Below are positions 53,918 to 60,653 of a DNA stretch of 64,000 nucleotides, one piece after another. Both the position numbers and the translations under genes were made by a program. The DNA comes from Clostridia bacterium. Its GTDB lineage: Bacteria; Bacillota; Clostridia; Christensenellales; Borkfalkiaceae. The stretch spans positions 1,838 to 65,837 of the forward strand of contig JAIDSX010000064.1 of the NCBI GenBank assembly GCA_029060985.1. The letters run 5' to 3'. The stretch's first letter is position 1. Each line of letters starts with the position of its first letter. The notes under the pieces are model-generated. The model had not been told where the DNA came from. It was given only the letters and a program-made list of their open reading frames with translations, and did no database searches.

Positions 53918-53923
53918 TATAAT
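53895..53923 (+). promoter_or_regulatory. Consensus promoter divergent from the XRE gene
   Basis: TTGACA (53895-53900), a 17-nt spacer, TATAAT (53918-53923). Confidence 0.7.
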
Positions 53924-53929
53924 AGGGGA

Positions 53930-54053
53930 GGTTTCTGCAATGCGAGATTTATCCCTTTGCAGGAAAAGCGGCACGGGCAACTTGAATTTCTCCCCCCTTT
54001 ATAGAAATTCTCTCGTACCACGGGACGCGCGGCGAAATGCCGCGCGTTTTTTT
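53930..54053 (+). ncRNA. Candidate ~124-nt sRNA with C-rich loops (RsaE/RoxS-like architecture)
   Basis: Consensus promoter at the 5' end and a + strand-specific terminator (cgcgcggcgaaatgccgcgcg ttttttt, 54026-54053). There is no downstream + strand gene. Stem-loop 1 is 53932-53965 (loop contains UCCC). Stem-loop 2 is gaatttct/agaaattc 53984-54010 (loop CCCCCCUUUAU). Confidence 0.4.
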
Positions 54054-54058
54054 ATAAC

Positions 54059-54088
54059 AAAAAAGCGCGGTGCATACCGCGCTTTTTT
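54059..54088 (-). terminator. Terminator after pckG
   Basis: Minus strand: aaaaaagcgcggtatgcaccgcgctttttt. Confidence 0.8.
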
Positions 54089-54099
54089 GATTCACAAAA

Positions 54100-55878
54100 T
54101 TACTCTTCGCAATTCTTTTTGAGCGTTTCCAAATTCTCTTTGAGCTCCGCAGGGAGTCTGTCGCCGAACTGCTCGTAGTAGCCTGCGATCTCGTCCGCCT
54201 CATTGCTCCAACGTGCCTTGTCGATATAGAGGATTTTCTCCAAATCCTGTTCGGTCATATCGAGCCCGTCAAGGTCGATATCCTTTGCGTAAGGAACGTA
54301 GCCGATCGCGGTCTCTTCCGCGTCGACTTCGCCCGCGCAGCGCTTCAAAATCCAGTCCAAAACGCGCATATTGTCACCGAAGCCCGGCCACAGGAATTCG
54401 CCGTTCTCGTCCTGACGGAACCAGTTCACGTTGAAGATCTTAGGCGGATTCTTGGTCTTTTTGCCCATGTCGATCCAGTGCGAGAAGTAGTCCGCCATGT
54501 GGTAGCCCGCAAAGGGCTTCATCGCCATGGGGTCGTGACGGAGCACACCGACCGCACCCGTCGCCGCCGCCGTCGTCTCCGAACTCATAATCGAGCCGAC
54601 GAACACGCCGTGATCCCAGTCGCGCGATTGATATACGAGCGGGGTCGTGGTCGCTCTTCTTCCGCCGAACACGATCGCGTCGAGCGGAACGCCCTTCTTG
54701 GAATTGAATTCGGGGGAGAGGCAGGGGCAGTTCTCTGCGGGAGCCGTGAAGCGCGAATTGGGGTGCGCCGCCTTTACGCCGCTTTCGGGCGTCCAGTCGC
54801 CCCCCAGCCAGTCGATCAGTTTTTCGGGAGCGGGCTTCGTCAAGCCCTCCCACCACACGGTGTTGTCCGCGGGATTGATGGCAACGTTCGTGAAGATCGT
54901 GCCCTTCTGCGTTGCGGCCAAAGCGTTGGGATTGGATTTTGCGTTCGTGCCGGGGGCAACGCCGAAGAAGCCGTTCTCGGGGTTGACCGCCCAGAGCCTT
55001 CCGTCCTCGCCCACGCGGATCCAGGCGATATCGTCGCCCACGCATTCCACTTTATATCCCTTTTCCAAATAGTGTTTGGGGGGAATGAGCATGGCAAGGT
55101 TTGTCTTTCCGCAGGCGGAGGGGAACGCCGCCGCAAGGTATTTCTTCTTTCCGTTGGGATAGGTCACGCCCAAAATGAGCATATGCTCCGCCATCCAGCC
55201 CTCTCTTCTTCCGAGGTTGGAAGCAATGCGAAGCGCAAAGCACTTCTTACCGAGAAGCACGTTTCCGCCGTAAGCGGAGTTCACCGAAATAATGGTGTCG
55301 TCCTCGGGGAAGTGCATGATATATCTCTTTTCGGGGTCTACGTCGCACTTGCAGTGGAAGCCCTTAACGAAATCGCCGTCCTTGCCGAGCGCCTTATAGA
55401 CGTTCTTGCCGACGCGCGTCATGATCGCCATGTTCAAAACGACGTAGATACTGTCCGTCACCTCGATACCGATTTTGGAGAAGGGCGAGCCGACCACGCC
55501 CATCGAATAGGGGATGACGTACATTTTGCGCCCCTTCATTTTGCCGCGTGCGATATCGCCGCAGAGCTTATACGCCTCCTGCGGGTCCATCCAATAGTTG
55601 ATGGGACCTGCGTCCTCTTTATTTTTGCAGCAGATAAAGGTGCGAGCCTCTACGCGGGCAACGTCGTTTTCCGCGGTGCGGTGATAGTAGCAATCGGGAA
55701 GCTTTTCCTGATTGAGCTTGATCATTTCGCCCGTTTTGCACGCCTCTTCTCTGAGAGCGGCGATCTGCTTTTTGCTGCCGTCGATCCAAATGATCTCGTC
55801 GGGCTGAGCAAGCTCGGCGCTTTGACCTACGAAATCGAGAACTTTTTTGTTCTTCGTCAGCGGTTTTGTCCATGCCAT
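54100..55878 (-). CDS. pckG: Phosphoenolpyruvate carboxykinase (GTP)
   Basis: 592 aa. GTP-PEPCK motifs (FPSACGKTNLAML, YGGNVLLGKKCFALRIAS, NWFR). Confidence 0.93.
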   Translation of the reverse strand: MAWTKPLTKNKKVLDFVGQSAELAQPDEIIWIDGSKKQIAALREEACKTGEMIKLNQEKLPDCYYHRTAENDVARVEARTFICCKNKEDAGPINYWMDPQEAYKLCGDIARGKMKGRKMYVIPYSMGVVGSPFSKIGIEVTDSIYVVLNMAIMTRVGKNVYKALGKDGDFVKGFHCKCDVDPEKRYIMHFPEDDTIISVNSAYGGNVLLGKKCFALRIASNLGRREGWMAEHMLILGVTYPNGKKKYLAAAFPSACGKTNLAMLIPPKHYLEKGYKVECVGDDIAWIRVGEDGRLWAVNPENGFFGVAPGTNAKSNPNALAATQKGTIFTNVAINPADNTVWWEGLTKPAPEKLIDWLGGDWTPESGVKAAHPNSRFTAPAENCPCLSPEFNSKKGVPLDAIVFGGRRATTTPLVYQSRDWDHGVFVGSIMSSETTAAATGAVGVLRHDPMAMKPFAGYHMADYFSHWIDMGKKTKNPPKIFNVNWFRQDENGEFLWPGFGDNMRVLDWILKRCAGEVDAEETAIGYVPYAKDIDLDGLDMTEQDLEKILYIDKARWSNEADEIAGYYEQFGDRLPAELKENLETLKKNCEE

Positions 55879-56053
55879 AATAAAAAATACCTCCGAAAAT
55901 ATCTAAGGGGCAGAAAGCCCCTTTCCGTCCTTATATATTATACCACAAAACCCTGTCAATGTAAATAACGGCATTAAAAAAATTTTTTGAAATTTTTTTC
56001 ACAACAATATAGAAATGCCCGCGCTTTGGGCGCGGGCTGTCCGGATAAAAAAA

Positions 56054-57070
56054 TCAACTTTCGGAAACGTTTACATAAGCGCCGTTATCGGCGTCCTGAA
56101 ATACGATATAAAATCCTTTCTCGTCCGAAAAAGGAGATTCGGGTACGAAGGTGCAGTGCTCCTTCATTTCTTCGGGCGGATCGCCGTTCTTCTCCGCCGC
56201 CACGCACAGATAGCGGGGCAATCCGTTTTCGTACACCACGCCCAAAAGCGCGTTCTCCGTTTTCACCCATTCGGAGCGCGGGAATACCTTCATGAGCCGC
56301 GTGTCGGTCGGAAACTTCTGAAAAGCGCGTTCGAGCTCCTCTCTCACTTTTTTATAATATGTAAGTTTTCCTTTCGTGCGGAGGAAAGGGTTGACAGCGT
56401 TATCATCTTCTTTAAGATTGCCTCCGCCCTTCTTTTTTCGTCCTTTTCCTTCACCTTTGCCCGCAGTATTTTCATTCCGATCGCCTTCTTGTACGCGCTC
56501 GTAGAAGTAGTCGCTTTCAGCAATCGCCTCGTCGTCGTAAGCGACCGCTCCTTCCCGAAAGGGAGCCCTGTCATTGGGCTCCTCCTTAGAGGGGAAATCG
56601 GGCAGGGGAACGGTGGGCGCGCGGGGTACGTTCGGCGCAAGCGGCGGGAACTCCACGGGCGGTACCGGTATGGGGATCGCGGGCACGTCCCCCTTCTTTT
56701 CCGTTTCGGTGAGATAGCTAAGCAATTCTTTGTCGCTCAAAGCGGAGCTTCCGCAACGCCCGAACGCGACGGGTTTTGCGCCGTCTTTGATAAAGGCGAC
56801 GAGCACGGAGAAGCCGTCCTTGATCGACGGCGCGTCGGCAATTTTCAGAGGCTCGCTTCCGTCGAGAGCAAGACAAAATCTTTTGTCTCCCACCGCGAGT
56901 ACGACGGCGTACCGCCCCTCCTTCACAAAGGCAAGTCCCGCCGCCTGGACCTTTATCGTCAATTCCCTTCCGAAGCGTTCCAAGTAGACCGCTCCCGAAA
57001 GCGCGCTCCCGTCTGCGGAGAATCCCTTATTTATTTGCTTTAATACCGCAACTCTTTTTTCGTAAGACAT
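56054..57070 (-). CDS. Hypothetical protein (two globular ends joined by a Pro-rich / charged linker)
   Basis: 338 aa from ATG 57070 (MSYEKRVAVLKQINKGFSADG...). No family recognised. It is the last minus-strand gene before the strand switch. Confidence 0.55.
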   Translation of the reverse strand: MSYEKRVAVLKQINKGFSADGSALSGAVYLERFGRELTIKVQAAGLAFVKEGRYAVVLAVGDKRFCLALDGSEPLKIADAPSIKDGFSVLVAFIKDGAKPVAFGRCGSSALSDKELLSYLTETEKKGDVPAIPIPVPPVEFPPLAPNVPRAPTVPLPDFPSKEEPNDRAPFREGAVAYDDEAIAESDYFYERVQEGDRNENTAGKGEGKGRKKKGGGNLKEDDNAVNPFLRTKGKLTYYKKVREELERAFQKFPTDTRLMKVFPRSEWVKTENALLGVVYENGLPRYLCVAAEKNGDPPEEMKEHCTFVPESPFSDEKGFYIVFQDADNGAYVNVSES

Positions 57071-57199
57071 AAAACTCCTTTCGGGCAACGCCCGCGTTCG
57101 TATTTTTTTCATCATAAAACTTTTGAACGGGAAAAACCGCTCGCACTTCGTCGAAAAATTTCCCTTTTGCGCGAATTTATTCTTCACCCCGCCAATCCC

Positions 57200-57228
57200 T
57201 TGAAATTGCTTTTCGTTTGTGCTATAAT
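57200..57228 (+). promoter_or_regulatory. Near-consensus extended -10 promoter for rsmG
   Basis: TTGAAA (57200-57205), a 17-nt spacer ending in TGc, TATAAT (57223-57228). The rsmG ATG begins only 6 nt downstream. Confidence 0.6.
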
Positions 57229-57234
57229 AAACTC

Positions 57235-57927
57235 ATGTTACTTTCGATCGAGCCCGCCCGCTATCTGAATATCATAAACGGCGAAAAGAAAGCGCTCTTT
57301 GAAAAATATTTCGCGCTCCTTACGGAATACAACGCCCGCTTTAATCTGACGGCGATCACGAAAAAGGAAGAGGTTTTCGAAAAGCATTTTTTAGACAGCG
57401 TCCTGGGCGAAAGCCTGTTCCCCGAAAACGCAAGCGTTTTGGAAGTGGGGTCGGGCGCGGGCTTCCCCTCTCTCCCTCTTAAAATTCTGCGGGACGATCT
57501 TTCGTTCACGCTCGTCGAGAGTACGGGAAAGAAGTGTGAATTTTTGAAGGTCGCAGTAAAGGAGCTTTCCCTTTCGGGCGTTACAATCTTAAACGAGCGG
57601 GCGGAAACGCTTGCACGCGATTCCCTCTACCGTGAAAAATTCGACGTTTGTTGCGCACGTGCGGTGGCGCGCATGAATACGCTCTCGGAATACTGCCTGC
57701 CTTTTGTGAAGACAGGCGGGGCGTTCGTCGCCTATAAGGGGGACGCGGACGAAGAACTCAAAGAAGCGGAAAACGCGATCAAAAAATTAGGCGGAAAAAC
57801 TGCCCTTTCCTACCGTTATTCCCTGCCGAATCACGGCGTGCGGACATTGATCAAAATCGATAAAATCAAACAAACGCCTGCTCTCTATCCGCGCGGACAG
57901 GGAAAGGAGAGGAAAAACCCGCTATGA
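57235..57927 (+). CDS. rsmG: 16S rRNA (guanine527-N7)-methyltransferase
   Basis: 230 aa. NLTAITKKEEVFEKHFLDS and LEVGSGAGFPSLPLKI motifs. ATG 57235 is preferred over the track's TTG 57217, which lies inside the promoter. Confidence 0.9.
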   Translation: MLLSIEPARYLNIINGEKKALFEKYFALLTEYNARFNLTAITKKEEVFEKHFLDSVLGESLFPENASVLEVGSGAGFPSLPLKILRDDLSFTLVESTGKKCEFLKVAVKELSLSGVTILNERAETLARDSLYREKFDVCCARAVARMNTLSEYCLPFVKTGGAFVAYKGDADEELKEAENAIKKLGGKTALSYRYSLPNHGVRTLIKIDKIKQTPALYPRGQGKERKNPL

Positions 57928-58379
57928 GTTTTTCTTGCGCGCTGACGGGGCACAGAGTTTTACCGAAGGACTTCAATGAAAAAAAACTTTCGGAAGAACT
58001 CGAACTTCTTATCATTTCGGGATATACCTACTTTTACTGCGGCATGGCGGAGGGCTTCGATCTTCGCGCTTTGAAAGTACTTATCGACCTTAAAAAACAA
58101 TATTCCATCAAAATCGAGGCTTGCGTTCCGTACAGAGGACAGGAAAAAAAGTTTTCCGCCGAAATGAAAACGCTTTATAAAAGTCTGATCAACGCGTGTG
58201 ACGAAAGGACGGTTTTTTTCGAAAAGTACACGGACGGCTGTTATTTACTGCGTAACCGCTATATGGTGGAAAAATCCGACTGCGTCTACGCCTACTGCAC
58301 GCGGGAAACGGGAGGAACTGCCTACACCGTCCGCTACGCAAAAAGCAAGGGAAAATCAATCGTTCGCGCCCTTTTATAG
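57924..58379 (+). CDS. SLOG-family protein (DUF1273, YpsA-like)
   Basis: 151 aa. TGHR, GMAEGFDLRA, LLRNRYMVEKSD and GGTAYTVRYAKSKGKSI match the DUF1273 pattern. ATGA overlap with rsmG. Confidence 0.75.
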   Translation: MSFSCALTGHRVLPKDFNEKKLSEELELLIISGYTYFYCGMAEGFDLRALKVLIDLKKQYSIKIEACVPYRGQEKKFSAEMKTLYKSLINACDERTVFFEKYTDGCYLLRNRYMVEKSDCVYAYCTRETGGTAYTVRYAKSKGKSIVRALL

Positions 58380-58397
58380 GGATAACTTCTTTGAAAT

Positions 58398-58620
58398 TGT
58401 GGACAAGCGTGGATATCTTTCATTTATAAACAGCCTGTCCACAGGTTTATACACGGCTTATCCACAAATTAAAGCGTGTAAATTGCGTAAAACTTCTACA
58501 AAACGGTTGAGTTTTTGAGCCTTTTTCGCTATAATATATAAGGTATATGAAACTTGTCCACCTTTCCACAGTACCTATTACTAATAATACTACTAAATAA
58601 ATTCTTTTATATAAATCACC
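58398..58620. other. Putative oriC core: DnaA boxes, DnaA-trio-like triplet array and AT-rich unwinding element
   Basis: Boxes at 58398-58406, 58408-58416, 58435-58443, 58447-58455, 58458-58466 (perfect ttatccaca), and a tandem pair at 58554-58570. In-phase CTA TTA CTA ATA ATA CTA CTA at 58575-58595, then aaataaattcttttatataaatc. Coincides with the coding-strand switch. Confidence 0.6.
58507..58535 (+). promoter_or_regulatory. Putative dnaN promoter inside the origin region
   Basis: TTGAGT (58507-58512), a 17-nt spacer, TATAAT (58530-58535). Confidence 0.5.
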
Positions 58621-58675
58621 TCTTCCTGAAAAGAGGCGCGAAAAACAAAAGGAAATTCATTCAAGGAGAAAGGTT

Positions 58676-59776
58676 ATGAGATTTAATTGCAACGGATTGA
58701 CGTTGGCGGAAGCCGTACTCAAAGTGAGCAAGGCTTGCGCCGTAAGAACAACGGCTCCCGTAATGGAGTGCATCAAAATTACGGCGACGAGCGACGGAAT
58801 TTCCCTTCTTGCAACGGACGGAGAGCTTTCGATCGAAAAGAAGCTCAACGCGGAAGTTTTGGAAGAGGGCGCGGTGTGTATCCCCGGAAAGCTCTTTTCC
58901 GATTTCATCAGTAAACTTTCGGGCGAGGAGATCGACGTCTCCACGGGAGAAAAGGGCGTTGCAATTTCTTACCGCGATTCCAAATCCTATATGCAGGCGA
59001 TCTCGGCGGACGAGTTCCCCTCCATCAATCTCAACGCGGGTGAAAACAGCTTCGTTTTAAGACAGAGCGCGTTCAAGCAAATCGTTGCGGAGACGGTGTT
59101 CTGCTGTGCGCAGGACGATTCCCGTCCCGTTCTCAAAGGCTGTTTGATGGAGCTTGACGAAACCTTGAAGGTGACGGCGCTCGACGGTTACCGCCTTGCC
59201 TTCTCCGAAACCTCGATTTTATCCAAGAGCGGGGAAAAGAGCATGATCTGTCCCGCAAGAACGCTCAACGAAATAGCAAAGATGCTCAACGGGGAAGAGG
59301 ACGAAGAAGTGACCCTCTACGAAGAGGGCGGCCAGCTTCTCGTGAAATCGGAGGGAACGACGATCGTCTCCCGCCTGTACCGCGGCGACTTTATCAAGCG
59401 CGAAAACGTGATTCCCACGCGCTTTTCGACTTACGTTACGATCAACAAGAGCGAACTTACGGCAAGTGCGGAGCGTGCGGCGATCCTTATCCGCGGGGAC
59501 AAAAACAATCTCGTCACCCTTGAAATTTCTTCGGAAAAATTGAAGATCTCCTCCGTTTCCGATTACGGAACGGTTGCCGAGACCCTGAACGCGGAGACGG
59601 ACGGCGTAGACCTCACGATCTCCATGAACGCAAAATATCTTCTCGACGCGCTGCGGGCACTAAGGGAAGAGCGCGTGACCATTTCGTTCAGCGGTGCGAT
59701 TTCCCCCTTTATTCTGCAAAATCAGGAAAAGAAAGACAGTTTGTATCTGATATTGCCCGTCAAGAACGCGTCGTAA
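58676..59776 (+). CDS. dnaN: DNA polymerase III beta sliding clamp
   Basis: 366 aa with the three-domain clamp pattern (MRFNCNGLTLAEAV..., VTALDGYRLA, LILPVKN). AAGGAGAAAGG SD. Confidence 0.95.
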   Translation: MRFNCNGLTLAEAVLKVSKACAVRTTAPVMECIKITATSDGISLLATDGELSIEKKLNAEVLEEGAVCIPGKLFSDFISKLSGEEIDVSTGEKGVAISYRDSKSYMQAISADEFPSINLNAGENSFVLRQSAFKQIVAETVFCCAQDDSRPVLKGCLMELDETLKVTALDGYRLAFSETSILSKSGEKSMICPARTLNEIAKMLNGEEDEEVTLYEEGGQLLVKSEGTTIVSRLYRGDFIKRENVIPTRFSTYVTINKSELTASAERAAILIRGDKNNLVTLEISSEKLKISSVSDYGTVAETLNAETDGVDLTISMNAKYLLDALRALREERVTISFSGAISPFILQNQEKKDSLYLILPVKNAS

Positions 59777-59780
59777 TTGC

Positions 59781-59809
59781 TTGACGGAACAACAAATTTT
59801 CTTTATAAT
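59781..59809 (+). promoter_or_regulatory. rpmH promoter
   Basis: TTGACG (59781-59786), a 17-nt spacer, TATAAT (59804-59809). Confidence 0.6.
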
Positions 59810-59863
59810 TATACGGAAAAAGATTCGTATGAACATTCATAACGAAATACAAGGAGCAAATAT

Positions 59864-59998
59864 ATGAAAAGAACCTATCAGCCGAAAAAGAGACAGAGAA
59901 GCAAAGTTCACGGCTTCCGCAAGCGCATGAAGACGACGGGCGGAAGAAACGTCATCAAGCGCCGCAGGAACAAGGGCAGAAAACACGTTTCCGCATAA
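59864..59998 (+). CDS. rpmH: 50S ribosomal protein L34
   Basis: 44 aa: [52 protein letters not shown]. Too short for the ORF track. Confidence 0.95.
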   Translation: MKRTYQPKKRQRSKVHGFRKRMKTTGGRNVIKRRRNKGRKHVSA

Positions 59999-60003
59999 CG
60001 AAA

Positions 60004-60333
60004 GTGGCTAAACGCTGTTTCCGCCTGAAAAAAAATAAAGAAATCGAAAAAGTGTTCAAAAGCGGAAAGCGAGCGTTTTCTCAAACGATAACGCTCGTAT
60101 ATTTTCCTGCAAAGGAAACAGAGTACGCGGTCTGCGTGGGAAAGAAGTATGGAACAAGCGTTGAAAGGAACAGAATCAAGCGGCTACTTCGGGAGGCGTT
60201 CGCGGAGTACGGCAAAGAGATCAAGCCGTGCAGAGCGCTCCTTATCCCGAAAGTCGGAGAAGCGTACGAGCTTGCTGCTTTCAAACGCGATCTCAAAAAA
60301 ATCTTCGAACGCGAAAAGATCTTTGAAGGTTGA
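60004..60333 (+). CDS. rnpA: Ribonuclease P protein component
   Basis: 109 aa, GTG start 5 nt after rpmH. Contains the RNR-type motif VERNRIKRLLREA. Confidence 0.9.
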   Translation: MAKRCFRLKKNKEIEKVFKSGKRAFSQTITLVYFPAKETEYAVCVGKKYGTSVERNRIKRLLREAFAEYGKEIKPCRALLIPKVGEAYELAAFKRDLKKIFEREKIFEG

Positions 60334-60391
60334 CATAAAATCGCTCTTTCTGAAAAACGCAAGATACCTCAAAAGAAAGCTCTTTCCTCCC

Positions 60392-60625
60392 GTGTTTAAG
60401 GCGATCTGTATCCGCATGATCCTCTTTTACCAGAAACACCTTTCCCGCCATACCTGTTTATATAATCCGACCTGTTCGGAATATACCAAACGGTGTATCA
60501 ATAATTTGGGCACGCTCCCCGGCATTTTGCTGGGACTTTGGCGCATTATAAGGTGCAATCCCCTCTCGAAGGGCGGCTACGATCCCGCTCCCGAGAATCC
60601 ATTCAAAAAAAAGTGGCTTCTATAA
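60392..60625 (+). CDS. yidD: Membrane protein insertion efficiency factor YidD
   Basis: ILFYQKHLSRHTCLYNPTCSEYTKRCI...RCNPLSKGGYDP is the YidD signature. The start is uncertain: GTG 60392 or ATG 60416. The longer track ORF overlaps rnpA. Confidence 0.85.
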   Translation: MFKAICIRMILFYQKHLSRHTCLYNPTCSEYTKRCINNLGTLPGILLGLWRIIRCNPLSKGGYDPAPENPFKKKWLL

Positions 60626-60653
60626 ATAACCGCAAAAGGCGTTAAAACAGAAT

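Noticed and set aside
53940-54122. 60-aa ORF preceded by GGGGAGG, downstream of the consensus promoter.
   Set aside because: The reading frame runs through two intrinsic terminators and into the 3' end of pckG. The SD-like element sits at or upstream of the expected TSS. A non-coding RNA is the more economical reading.
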